From positions 806,001 through 870,000 of the forward strand of contig JAAOMT010000303.1 of the NCBI GenBank assembly GCA_016748015.1: a stretch of DNA of 64,000 nucleotides, given 5' to 3'. Under the pieces are notes generated by a model that saw only the letters and a program-made list of their open reading frames with translations, was not told the DNA's origin and did not search any database. Made by a program: the position numbers and the translations under genes. This DNA is from Geosiphon pyriformis uo1. Taxonomy: Eukaryota > Fungi > Glomeromycota. Position 1 is the stretch's first letter, and every line of letters begins with the position of its first letter. This document shows, in pieces, positions 26,237 through 39,519 of the stretch.

Positions 26237-29200
26237 TGGGCAGTCTGGTTTGAAATATTGCTACTTGCAACATCAGAGGTATGAACAATCTTGCGAAACA
26301 GGACGATGTCATTTGTTGGCATATGGAGAAGAACAATTTAGTTTCTATTTTTACGGAATCAAAGTTAAAAGGGAAAATTTGCCCATGGATTGTCAACAAA
26401 TATGATAGTGTGCGGGTGTTTATCTCTGGTTTGGAATCTGGATATCTGGGTGCTGGTGTTGTAGTCGTCATGAACTCTTCTTTAGCAAGACATGTGTGCA
26501 AAGTGTCAGAGGTGCCTGGTCAGCTCTTGTCCATTAAGTTACTTTTCAAAAATAAACTTTCAGTGTCTATCCTGGGTCTGTACGCTGGTGCTTTCTCAGC
26601 AGTCTGGTTCTCTCAGACTGGTAAAGTCAACTCTCTTATTGCAAAAGCTGTTAATGAATCTTCTTTCGTTGTTCTCAGTGATGATTTCAATGAAGACGGT
26701 TCTCACAAGTGTGCAAGTTTTAAAAAGTGTCTGAATTTGGGTCTGGTTAATGCCTTGGATGGGAGCTCCTGTGGGAAATCGCCGACTTGGTCCAATTCTT
26801 GGGGCATTGCTAAGACGATTGATTTTATGTTCGTTTCTTCAAATCTGGTCAATGCAGTAGTGGGTCGCGATGTGTTTGGCATTGGAGAATACTTTGATAT
26901 TGATCATCAGGCTGTCTCAGTGCTAGTGGGTTTGGGTGGTCTGCTCGATGTTCAGTTGAATTCTGCTCATAAGCAAGCAAATAGAGATCACTGGAAGTAT
27001 GATTGCAAAGGTGTGGATGATGTTAAATGGGCCAAATTTAAGGAAGATATGGCGGCAAATGCTGCTATGTTTCATGGCGATTTTCTTGCAGCCAGGATCT
27101 GCTCAGACTTGGATTCGATGTGGGTTGCTCTTCGTAAAGTGATGTGTCTGTCTGCTAAGATGATTTTCAAAAAAAAATGGTTCAAGGAATATGATAAAAT
27201 TTTTAGCAAGGATTCATCCAAATTTTACAAGCTTGAGCTCTTGGTGTCTAAGTTAGTTAGAGCATCTTATATAGATTCTGCTGTGGAGTTTGCATCCTTG
27301 CTTGACAGATGAGAAGGGTTGGATTCAGTCAATGCTTCTGCAGTGAAGTCTTTCTTCCTATCAGGTTCCCACTTCAATGCTATTTGGTCAGTTTTGTCTG
27401 TGGTCAAAAAGTCTTATTGCGCATCCAAAATGTCGGAAGCAGTGCGAGTTAGGGAATCTCAAATCAGATCGGTGATAGATAAGAGGATGGAGAGTTTCAA
27501 ATTGGACAAAGGTCACACTATTAGGAGTGTGTTGGAATGTCCTTTTCACAAAGTAACTTTGGATCATCTGGTTGTTGATGATGAGTTGGTTTTGGAGCCC
27601 GCTCTGGTAAAGGCCAAAGTAGATGCAGTCATAGAAAAATGGACTAGGAAGTGCAATGTAGTTTCTGATGTTACTGGTGTCTGGAATTACCAATATCAGC
27701 CTTTAGAGTATGTTTTTGATGACGCTTTTTCTGGTGTAATAAGCCTAATTGATTTTGATGAGATGTCTAATGTCGTTTCGAACCTGTTTGATGGGAAAGC
27801 AGCTGGTCTCTCTGGTATCTTGAATGAGTTGTGGAAACACTGCGACAAATCAGTTTTGGATATGCTTTTAGTGCTTTTGAATGTTTGCTTGGAGCGTGAA
27901 TCTGTTCCTGGGCCTTGGAAAGAGGCTTGGGTGTCGATGATCCCCAAACCATATGAGTGAAAGAGTGTTCTCATGAATACCCATTCTATTGCTTTGGTTG
28001 AGATGGCTCGCAAAATCCTTTCTAAAGTGCTTTTGGACAGAATTTTATCGGCTTGTAGTGTTTTTGACATTCTGAGGGGGGATAATTTTTCTGTTTTAAA
28101 AAGCACGACCACGCAGTCTCCTATTTTCACTATTGGATCAGTCATTGAGGATGCTTTGGAGAAGAACTGAGAGCTGTGGCTGGTCTTACAGGACATGCGA
28201 AAGACTTATGATTCGGTTGGCTGGGAGCATCTAAGAAAGAGCTTGGTCAGAATAAAAATGTGTAACAAATTCATTCGGTTTTTTGGTAGCATCCACAATG
28301 ATCGGGTCAACAGAGTTATGACAGATTTTGGGTTGACTGATGGATATCGGGTACATGATAGTTTGGATCAAGGAGAGGTGTTTTTTCCTCTTTTCTGGTG
28401 CATATTTTATGATCCTTTTTTGTGTGAAGTCAAGAGACAAGAAAGTGTATGTAGATACAGGTTAGACTCTCGTTTTGTTGCCAATACTGGTCGCATTGAA
28501 TCTTAGACTGGTTTGACTTCTTTCCTCATTGCTGGTACTTTTGTCGATGATACAATTTGGATTGGTAGCAGCCAGGCTGCCACCCAATATATTCTCAATG
28601 TTGCTAGTGAGTTTTTTTGAGTCAATAACATTTCGATCAATAATGACAAAACGGTGGCCATTCCTATTAATTGCAGAGTTTCCAGCCTTCATTTGTTGAT
28701 CAGTGGTTTGCCTATTTTGATAGCCAAAAGGGGGGAGCCTCATTGATATCTGGGTATCTTTCTGTCTACTGAAGGTTTGTCGAAGCCTAGCTTGGCTAAG
28801 GCACGCTTGGATGTCCAATTTTTCACCAACCTTGTTCTGAGAAAGGCTATCTCTGATAAGCAGTTTTCGTATTTGGTGTCAGCAGTTCTTCACCCCATAA
28901 TTGCCTACAGGACTCAGTTTAGTTTTGTTCTTATTAGTGTGTGTATGCAAAATGAGACACTATGATTTGTAAAGATTTGAAGTCCAAATCTGGCTTGCCG
29001 CTTGACTTTCCCAATAATGCTATTCATCATCCTTCTCTGTACGGGTTAAAATCTTTTGAGCAGATCCAGGCCAAGAGCAAGTCAACTGCTGTTGTTTGTT
29101 TTGCCAATTCTGTGGGTATTTTGGGCCGCCTGTTCATGCATAGGTTTCATGATTTACAGGTTCTCAGCTGGCGCCCTTGTCACCCCCTGCTTTTCCCTTT

Positions 29201-30926
29201 TCGTATTAATATCAGTCCTTTGAATAATTTTTTGGCTGGTGTTGTCCAGATTTTTTTGGGTTGCGACCTCTCTCTGGGTGGTCTCGTGACCAATGTTTTT
29301 TATTTTCAAAAGGGGACTCCAATGTCTATTGTTCTTGGTGAGTTAGCTTTTTATAAATGTGTCTCTTTGCTTCAGCAATATGGAATTGCCTTTGTTGAGC
29401 AGCTTCGTAATCGAACTGGTTCTGTTTTCGAATGGAGAACTTTTAAGCAGTGGAAGAGACTGGACTCTTGGGGCCTGATTCCTGATTGATTCAATACTGC
29501 TGTTTGCTTTTTGTTTGGTTCTGGGTCATCTCCCGTTTGTTCTCTTTTGCCACTGAATGTTGACTCATCTGATGTACTTAAGTCTTGCGAGTTTGATGTT
29601 GTTTGCAATTGCTTATTGGAGATTGATTCCAATCGCCTTTCTGTGTTTACGGATGGTTTTTTGTGTGGGCTGGGTACTCTTGGTATGAAGGCTGGCGCCA
29701 CTGTTTTTTTTGAGGACGTTGATTTGAGTTTAGGTGTGGAAGTTTCTGGTTTGGTTTCTTCTACCATGACGGAGCTGCAGGCCATTGCTTTGGCTCTCGA
29801 GTGTGTCTCTCCTTCTTGTTCAGTTAATCTGTTTTTGGACAGCCAGGCCACTTTGGATGCATGCAGGTCAGAGTTAATGTTGGGGTGTCCAGATTTCAGG
29901 AATCAGTGTTGGGTCGAACGCCGCCATATTTCTAATGTTATTCGTCGCAAAAATTTGGATATTGATTGGATTAAAGTTAGAGGTCACTCTGGAGTCTTGG
30001 GCAATGAGCGTGCTGACACTTTGGCTAGGGCTGCTGCATCTTCTGGTGTGCATCTTCTTTACAGGATCGATGAACATTTTCTCAAGGCTGGCAGTACTGT
30101 GGTTTCTGGTAATTTTAGGCATTTTGTTTATGATGTTTTCCACTCTATTCACCATGCACATTAGGAGGTCGGTTCTGGTTCTCAGGTATTGGTGGACAGT
30201 CTACGTGCTAATGTTGATTGGGTCAGGTCATGTTCGGTGTGACATCCGGACTCTCATTTGGCCGCTGGTTTTACTAGTGCACGTACTGCTGGTTATTGAA
30301 TGTATTTTATGAAGACGTTGCATTATCATCTTCCTGTTGCTATGTGAAAGCGTCTTTATGATAAGAAGTACCCCAGTGTGATGTGTTTGTTCTGTGGCGA
30401 TGTTGAAATTTCAAATCATGTGTTTTCGTGCCCATTCGATGCTGGTAATCATGCCTGGTTGATGAACGCTCATGCATCTGTTTGGGAAACGCGCTCAGGT
30501 TTATCTCACTCGACTTCATGTGTTTTGTAGTCACTTTCTGCTTGTACTTCCAATGCTGTTGTTGGTGCGGTTATATGTAAGGGCTTTGTTTTCAATAAGT
30601 GGTATCATAAATTTTTTTCTGTTTTCAAGGACTCTAAAACAGCGGCTCAAAATATTGTGGCATTTGTGCATGATTTTTGTCTTGTATTCTATGATGATAT
30701 TTGGCTGGTTCGTGTGAAACACAGAGCTGTTATGGAGAAGGGTGGCTTGATCCCACGTGATGGTTCTATTCCTGTCTCGGTTTCTGGTTTTTCTTCGGTA
30801 CTCTCATCCAATATGATTAGATTATTGGGTATTGCTGATACAAATGATATTGGTTTTGGGTTTCGTAAATCTAGTTTATTCTTTTCAGGTATAGGTAACT
30901 TGGTCTTGGTGCATATAGATACCTAG
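26236..30926 (+). pseudogene. LINE-B ORF2 (APE endonuclease, reverse transcriptase, RNase H, CCHC)
   Basis: ATCNIRG, TESKL, DDFN, IDFMFV, DIDH (APE); QDMRKTYDSV, LDQGEVFFP, FVDDTIW, YLGI (RT); VFTDG, TELQAI, DSQ, KVRGHSGVLGNERAD (RNase H); CLFC...H...C. Confidence 0.92.
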
Positions 30927-33900
30927 TGTTGTTCTGACTAGTCTGAGTAGCTGGTCACGTGTAGAAAGAGCATGATTCATGCCTAGTTTAGATCACTTGT
31001 ATGATATATTGTACTAGGTAGTGTTTGGACCTCACTTATTAAACAAATAAAAAAAAAAAACTTTGACACTTGTTATTTTCTAGATCTCATTTTTGTCATG
31101 TAAATAACTATTTAAATATGAAAGTATTTGGTTTTATATGATATTAAAAAACATTTCTCTATTTATCTAGTTGTTTATAAGAATTATATATTAACATAAT
31201 GTATTGTATATTTTTTTATGGCCAGAAATGTTATTCTACATTCTTTTATCAAGTAATATTTTTTTACAAACAAGATATGATTTGTTGTCTTACTTTTCTT
31301 GTTATTTTGGATAGCCAAAGTGTTTTTAATGGCATGTTTTACAATAGTAACAAATACACATCTTGTAATCTTCTTCTGATAAGATTCAAGCTTTTATGAA
31401 TAAAAGTTTTTTTTTGCAGTTTTTGTATTTGAGTAGGATATAAGGTGGTTGTTTTTTTGGTTCTGGAATTAAGTATAATATATGCCAACTGCTAGTTGTT
31501 TTTTCAGTAATAGTAGTAACTTGTGATTTGTCTTCTTTTTTTTCTTTCCTTTTTTTTTCAGAAGAGTATTAGTGATAGTTTGTTGAATTTGTTTTCAGTT
31601 TATAAGACTTAATATGCTTCTCAAGTGAATTTTTTTTTGTTTTCTAACTTGATCAATGGTTGCTTTTTTGAAAAAGCTTTAAAATAATTACAAGTAATAG
31701 GTACTTAAGTATGCTAATCATCAAATGTTAGCTGGAGTTTTTGGGTGTTCCAGTTAAATACAGCATTGGTTTTAAACAGCCAATTATTATTAATAAAGAC
31801 TTAATACTGTATGGTTTTTATTACCAAAACTTTAATAAACATAATAATACTATTGATTTCAAATAAAAAGTTGTTAATTTCACTAATTGGAGTTTTTATT
31901 ATTCTATCAGCAGTAATAATTCTAATATTGGCAGCTCAATTAACTTGATAACCTAATTGGTCTATAAATTGTCATATAATAATACTGCTTGCTAATCTAC
32001 TATCAAGGATAAGTTTGATAGATTGGTCATTAATATTGGTATTAGTATACATTATAATAATTGGTTTAGTATTAAGAGTGGCTTTACTAAATAATAATAT
32101 TTCTATTTAATTTTTCAATTCAAAAAAAAATATAATAACAAATAATTTGTTTTTAATAATAGTTGTTAGTGAGATATTATTGGTGAGTGGTTGTTTTGGT
32201 GGTTCTAAATTGTTGAATTGAATATTTTCTAAGGTAATCAAGAGGTTTAAATAGTTCTGAGAATTCGGGTTTTAAGTATACTTGTTTTTTAAATTTTGGG
32301 TGTGAGATTCTAATAATTGGTTTAATAAATTAGAAATCAATTAGTGCATAACTATTACTAATTTTCAGTTCTGTTATATGTGAGTAATTTTTAGTTTTTG
32401 ACTTCTAGTTGGCACTGAAGTTAGGTTTTAGGATAGTGTTTGAATTTGTTGGAATTAATAAACAATCTGTGGCTGTGGTGCTTAATAAATTATTGGTGCT
32501 GAAATTTGATAGATTGGAGATAAATATATTGACTATTGTACTATTAGAATATAATATAACTAATATTAATATGGTTTTAATAATAAATTGTTGGCATAAT
32601 TTGGAGTTTGAACTCTATAACCAAGGTTTTAATATTAATTTTTTGATTATTGGTTATTTAATCTTGTCTTATAGTCTATTTTTAAGTGTTTTTGTTTACT
32701 ACAATAGTGGCAGATATGTGTTTTTTGTTGCCATAATTGATTTACTAAGGATGATAATAGATACAACTAATTTTAAAACCAATTAAAATTTCTTGAATTG
32801 TCATAATATTAAGAAAACTAATAATTTACTTAATTGTTAATTAAGTATTTCTTAATTTTTTGATTAATTGTTTCACTAAATTGTTTCAATTTGATATTTA
32901 ATTTAAATGATTTGTTTATTACTAGATTTACAGTTTGGACATGATTGGTTTCAAGCTTGACCAATTTAAAATCTTTGATATAGATAACTATGTTTTAAAG
33001 TGTGTTTAGATACAATAAATGTATTTTTTGTAACAAACTACTGTGCAATTCATAAATAAATTGATTTAAAATCTGTAATACTGTAAAGTAATCAGCTTTA
33101 ATTGCTTGAATTTGGTGTAAATTTTGATGAAAACATTTCAGATATGTAATAATTGCTTTAGTATTACTTTGTTTAATGATAGTAAATCCAGTTAATAATC
33201 AATTAATGCTGTTATAATTGCTAAAGTATTGTAGAAATATGACTTTGAATGTATTAAAATCTTGTGGTTTGTTTACTAAGTTTTAATATTACAAGTTAGC
33301 AGTATCTTACAAGAAGTATAGAATGACTTAAAAAGCTTTAACATTATCTTATTCATTAGCTGTAATGGTTTTTTTTACATTATTTAATTATACTTAGGTA
33401 TTGTTTTTTTTATTAGTGAATTTTTTTAATTTGGCAATAGATACATATGCTATTGATACAAGTAATAATTGTTATTGTGATTATTGATAAGCAGCAATTG
33501 ATATTATTAATAGTTAATTAATTAAGATAATTGGAGATAAGTTTTGTGAAAAAATAGAGACTGAATTTGAATTTTTTGGGTCTGGCTGGGTTTAAACAAT
33601 TAGAGTTAACATTTTTGAATTATTTGAAATCAGATTTTAATTATTATTTTTCTGATTACTGTCTTTTTTTTTCTAAATTGGTGTCTGTCTAATGACTGGT
33701 AGATTCGAAATTTGGTTAAAATAATAGTGATTAAAGTTTTGATAAAATTGTTGGTTATAATTTATATTCTTTAAAGAAATCATTATAGATTTCTAATAAT
33801 TTGGTTTTCTTCTAGTTATTTTGAAATAGTACTTATGATAATAATGTTTTTAACATGACTATGGCTGTTGATATTATCTGGATGGTGCTTCCAAACATGT

Positions 33901-34605
33901 AATAATATAATGAATTAATGAGTAAAACAACTCTTTGTAGCTTTTTTTTTTGTTAGTGAAGATAATAGAGAATCTCTGTTTGGTATAAGTTTTAATCTCA
34001 TGATTTATTTTTGTAATTATTAAAACAAAACTATAATTTTATAAGAGACTAGTATATTGTAGTAGTTTATTGTAGAAATTTCTAATAGTAATTTCTGAAT
34101 TTCTTTGATCTTTTAAGTAAAATATAATCTTTTCATTTACATAGAATTTGAAGACTAATTCTGCTAACCAATAATTTTTTTTTAATCCAAAATAAGTTTG
34201 ATAATATTGAAATAAAAATTTCACAAATCCTAAATAATTTTCTTTTATGATTTTTTAGTCTGTTACTTTTTTGAATAGTTGATGTTAATGTTAGTTTTCT
34301 GTTAAATTATATCTCACAAAAAACACAAAATGTTACAGATAATTATTTGGGATGTTAAAACAAATAACAAATTTATAATATAGTGCTTAATAGTTATTAA
34401 TAATAGTAATTTCTAAAAGTTTTATGATCTAAAGGTTTTGGTTGAATCTTTTATATAATAAACAAAAATTCAAGTGATAGTTTTTTTTTAATTTCTGTCT
34501 TTAACATAATGGCCAGTTTATTTTGGCAATTGTGTCTTTCTGGTAAGCTATTCTTAAGTTTTTTATTCTTGTTTTATGGGTTTTTTACCAAGCTATCTTT
34601 AATGT

Positions 34606-35587
34606 TATTACAAATAAACTTGATAAAGTATTGTGGTAATATTTGGTGCTCTAAATTTGGATAATAAAAGCTTGAAAACCTCTATTTTAAATACTTAAGA
34701 TAAGTTATTAATATTAGTCTCTGAAGATTTTTTGCTAGTTTTATCTATAAAGTTTTTTAATTATAAAGCACAGAGAAATATTTGGCTATTTATAACTTAA
34801 ATATGTAAGCTATTTTTTTTGAGCTAATTAAATATAGTTGCTAAGATCTGGTGGTGTCTTTTTGCCTTTTTAGTAAGCTAACAAAATAATATTAATATTT
34901 AATTTTAAAAAAAGCTTCTTTCTTTTACCAGACTGTTATAAAGTTTATTTTCAGACAGTTAATTTTACAATATTGCTGCTCTATAAAAGAAAAAAAAAGA
35001 AATAAAAAGAAATAAAAAAAATTAGTATCATCAATTTCTATAATCAAGAGTAATTGGTCCAAATTGTTATTATTTTATGTTAAAAGCATTTGGCTGGGAA
35101 TAAAGATAAAAAAATAAGTAATTTGATTTAAACATAAGATTTGTGAATTATGAATAAGTGATTTTTGATTTCAAATATTTTTTTTATTTGAGATAATATA
35201 AATATATAAGTAAGATAGATTTAATAAATATAAGTAAAAAATATATTTTTTATTTGATTATTTTTCTGTCTGTCTTTTTTTTACTGCTAAAACTACTTAT
35301 TTTTATACATATTTTTAGTTTTATAAAATTGTTTTTTGATTGTTTGTTATTACTAGCTATTGCTTATTATTTCTGTTGTTGTTTTGTTTTTTTATACTGT
35401 AACTAATTATTTTATTTATTGGTTAATTATTCTGTGCTATTTTATATTATTATGTTATCTTGTATTATCTTGAGTTATAATATATTATTTTGTATTATTT
35501 TTTATTATTATGTTTTTTTATGTTATTATGTTTTTTAATTATGTTTTTTCAATATCTTTTGGTTTTGTTTTTTTTACTCAGATAACA
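34606..35587 (-). mobile_element. Solo LTR, family 3, inside the Gypsy-1 5' LTR
   Basis: TATTAC...GATAACA termini; flanks ATGT (34602-34605) and ACAT (35588-35591). The host LTR rejoins exactly when compared with the 10.28 kb copy. Strand is tentative. Confidence 0.75.
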
Positions 35588-38500
35588 ACATTAATTACTC
35601 AATACTTAATTCCTTAATTAATTAGTAAACAACAAAGAAACAAAAATAAAAGAAAATAAGAAAAAAAATAAAAAATTAATATTTTATTAATAGCCATAAT
35701 CAAGAACTATTAGTTTGGTGTAATTAAGTATTGGATTCTATTAACATAAATTGTTAATAGTATAAAAATAATTAATACTTTTTAATTAAGTAATGACAAT
35801 ACAAATTAAATAATAATAGATATTTTTATTAATATAAATATGATTTTGTTTTAAGTTATAGAAAACTATTTTTTAAAGAGAAAAATATTGAATAACTACT
35901 TATTTTTAACTACTGTTTTGTTGTTACTGTTCTTTTAATACTTTTACTATATATATATAATTTGTATTATATAAAATCTTATATATTTTTACTCTTTTTC
36001 TATATTACTTTTTGAAAATATGCTTATTTCTGAAAATATATTTCTTAAAAATATGCTTATTTGTTGAGTATTATTTTTTTATTGGTCTTATTTTATAATC
36101 TACTTTTTCTATTTTTTCTGATACTTTTTTTTTATAAATAATAGTATCTATTAGTTAAGGTTTTTACTTAGAGCAATTTTAGAAATGTTAAAAAAATAAT
36201 AAATTTTGTGTTTGTAAACAAAAACTTAGCTTCTGCAGTTATAGATCACAAGGTTAATAGTGTGTTTAAGTTTTTTAATACAAATCACAAGACAGTGGTT
36301 TTTTAGATATTTGTATAAATAGTATTTATAAGCAGATTAATAAAAATTAATAAAAGTTCAAGATAAAAAATACAAATAAAGTTAAATAAGTAAAATTTAA
36401 GAAGTATTTTTTTATTAAACTGTTGGTAGTATTAAGTGTATTTAAGAAAACAAAAAATAGTGGTAATTTAAAAACAATATAAAAAATGTTAAGAAAAGTC
36501 ATAATATATTCTATTAATATAATGTTTTTTAGACATTAATATAGTAAATATAATTGTTTAAGGAATAAACAATCATCAAGGTTTTTTAAATTAAAGCTGC
36601 TTGTTACTAAAATTGTGAAAAAGTTGAATTTAGAAAATTTTTGGAATTTGGGTGTCTTGTTAAAACTTAGTTAATTGTTAATTATATTAAGATTTTTAAA
36701 GTAACTAATATGATTTAAAATAGTTTAAAGTTAAAAAACATTGTTGATTATCTGTTAGTAGTCAAGAAAAGTTATTAGAAATCTAAATATTATGAGTTAA
36801 AAGCATTTGAAAAATACAGCAATTAGAAAGACTATTGAATAACATATAAAAAATTTTTGCTTTAATAATAAAAAGTATTCTAAAGTGGTTTTTTTGCAAA
36901 GTTATTTTAGATTACTTAGTGATTGGAGAAAAATTAGTTATTAAACCTAATAAAATAAAGCTTAAAATTAATAAAATTATAGAAAAATAGACAAAGAAAA
37001 AATTTGTGTTTTTAAGAATGCCTAATTTTTGGTTTTGTCAATATTTGTCTTTAAACTATGTAAATAATAGTGTATTTTTTGAAGTAATGAAAAAGATTAA
37101 CATAGATAAATTGGTTCTGATAGTTAATAGTTTGTCTAGTAGTAAGACTGCTAAGTTGTTTGGTATTCTGAATAAATTTTAGAAGCATTATAGTAAAGTT
37201 GTCTTAAAATGTTTTTTGAGTTTGTTGAACTCTTGTTTGGCTTTAAATAATATTCTAATTTCTTAAAAAAAGATGTAGATTTCAATAATCTTCAAGTTTT
37301 ATAAATGAAATAACATTTTAATAAACATCTAACCTATTATATTAATCAAGATAATAAAGAAAATTTTATCTAAAATTTTCTTTAATTAAATCTCTTTTAC
37401 ATATAGCAAATTTAGTATTATTTGTGGTAATAACTTTTTGGTATTAAAAGATATTTCAACTTAATCTTCTATTTTTGCTGTTGGGTTAGTTATCAAAGAT
37501 GTTCTGAAGAAAAATAAAGAGCTTTGATTAGTCTTGTAGAATATGCATAATGCATATAACTTAATAAGATAACATTCTTTAGGAATTAGCTTGTAGTTTA
37601 TTAAAATATGTAGTTAGTTTATTAAGTTTTTTAACAACATATATAAAAACAAAATTAATAAAATAATAACTAATTTTGAACTTTCAAATAGTTATAAAGT
37701 ACAAGATGGATTGGATCAAGATAAGATTTTTTTTTTCTTTAGAGAATTTTCTATGATTCTTTTTTATGTAAAGTTAAAAAACATAAATACTTATATAAAT
37801 ACCAAATTGATACTAAGTTTGTGGCCAAAACTGACACAATTAAAACTAGTAAAGAAAAAACATTATTTTTTGCTGTTGATATTTTTGTTGATAATACAAT
37901 TTGAATTAAAAGTTATTAAACTTTTATGCAATATATTTTGAATATTGCTAACAAATTTTTTAATATTAATAATATTTTAATTAATAATAAAAAAACAGTT
38001 GCTATTTCTATCAACCAGAATATTAAAATTGCTTTACTAATAATTAGTAACTTGTCTATTTCAATTGCTAAAAAAAGTAAATTACATAAGTACTTAAAAA
38101 TATTTTTATTAACTAAAAGTTTTTCTAAGCCTAGTTTAGCTCAAGCTTATATTAATATTAGGCTTTTTTTTTAATATAATATTAAAAAAACGATTATAGA
38201 TAAGCAGTTTTTTTATTTAGTATTGACAATTTTGCAATCTATAGTTAATTATTAATTATAGTTTTGTTTTGTTTTATTAAGTATATGTTGTAAGTAGAAT
38301 GTAATAATTAAAAGAGATCTTAAGACTAAAACTAATTTGCTGTGAAATTTTTCTAATAAAACTTTACATTATTTCTTCTTGTATAGTTTAAAACTTTTTA
38401 AGCAAGTATAATTTGAAAAAAGTTGGTTTCCTTGATTATTTTTTTTAATATTTTAAGCATTCTCAGATGTTTGTTTAATTACAAGTTCTTAAATTTGCAG

Positions 38501-38682
38501 ATTTTGAAGTAAGTTTTTTTTAAATATTTTGTAGTTTTCTGTCAAGTTGTGTGTTAGTTTTGTAAATAATTTTTTGGCTAAAATGGTAAAAATTTTTCTG
38601 GTTAATAATTTATCCTTGAAAAACAATTTGCCTAATGTATTTTATAATTCTGGTAGATTTCTGATGTTAAACATTGTTATGG

Positions 38683-39519
38683 TATTACAGGTGATATTTG
38701 GGGTGTTAAATCAAATAACAAAACCCATAACTTGGTGCTCAGAAGCTATTCACGATAATAGTGTTAGTAATCTGAAGGTTGTTTGTATCTGAAAGTTTTG
38801 GTTGAGTCTTTTGTATAATAGACAAAGATTCAATAGTTGTTTCAGTAGCCTCCCAGAATTGCAATTCTATTGAATTTTTTTCTCAGCATGGTGGCTGGTA
38901 ATCCTCCTGGTAAGTTATCCTTAAATCTATAAGTGTTCTACCCTTGTTTTACAGATTTTTTACTAGTTCCTATAATGTCTGTATTTCAGTGCTTTCCCTT
39001 TAATCAATTAGTAAATACCAACAAAAAAAAGAAATAAAATTAAAAGAAAATACAAAATCAAAAATAAGCCAAGGCAATAATGATTAGTATTCCATTAATA
39101 GCCATGATTAAGAGCTATTGTTCTAGTGTAGTTAAGTATCAATTACTATCAACATAAAGTGTTGATAGTGGAAAGTGGATTTGAGATAAAGAATAATTAT
39201 TTATTAATATTTGTGAATTGGAAGGTTGTTTAGATTAAATTTAAACTAAGAGATCTGTCTTTTTTACTTCTAATGCTACTGCTATATATACATAATTGAG
39301 ATTCCTCAATTCCACAATTTTTCATATCAGGAATCCTGCAATTTCTTTTGAGAAAAATTCTGAAATTCTGGAATCCTGCGATTTCTTGTACAAGAATTCT
39401 AAAATTCTTGGAATCCTGCAATTCTTTTTAAGAGGAATTTTGGAATTCCACATTTACTATGGCTACCTCTGATTGGCTAATTTATATGCTAATATACATC
39501 CTATGTTTTATGAGTAATA
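38683..39519 (-). repeat. Gypsy-2 3' LTR
   Basis: Direct repeat of 48445-49298; immediately preceded on the minus strand by the polypurine tract AAAAAGAAGAGAATAA (39520-39535). Confidence 0.95.

Larger units (their letters stand above)
24304..31058 (+). mobile_element. LINE-B: full-length, least-decayed non-LTR retrotransposon
   Basis: 10-bp TSD AACTTTGACA at 24294-24303 and 31059-31068; poly(A) tail. Gypsy-1 sequence is continuous across the insertion. Confidence 0.95.
10116..36143 (-). mobile_element. Gypsy-1: decayed Ty3/Gypsy LTR retrotransposon, split by two LINEs and three solo LTRs
   Basis: 3' LTR ~10116-10840 plus 17651-17670 (left end unresolved); decayed PPT from 17671; integrase (~19000-19500); RT (~20280-21000); dUTPase region (~22400-23800); protease/gag (31059-34310); decayed PBS 34312-34330; 5' LTR 34331-34605 plus 35592-36143. 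Colinear with Gypsy-2. Confidence 0.8.

Noticed and set aside
38780-39210. Small transmembrane protein encoded in the LTR (…LEQ*LLIMAINGILIIIALAYF…)
   Set aside because: The in-frame TAG is shared by all LTR copies examined, so it is probably ancestral. Conservation is better explained by RNA structure.
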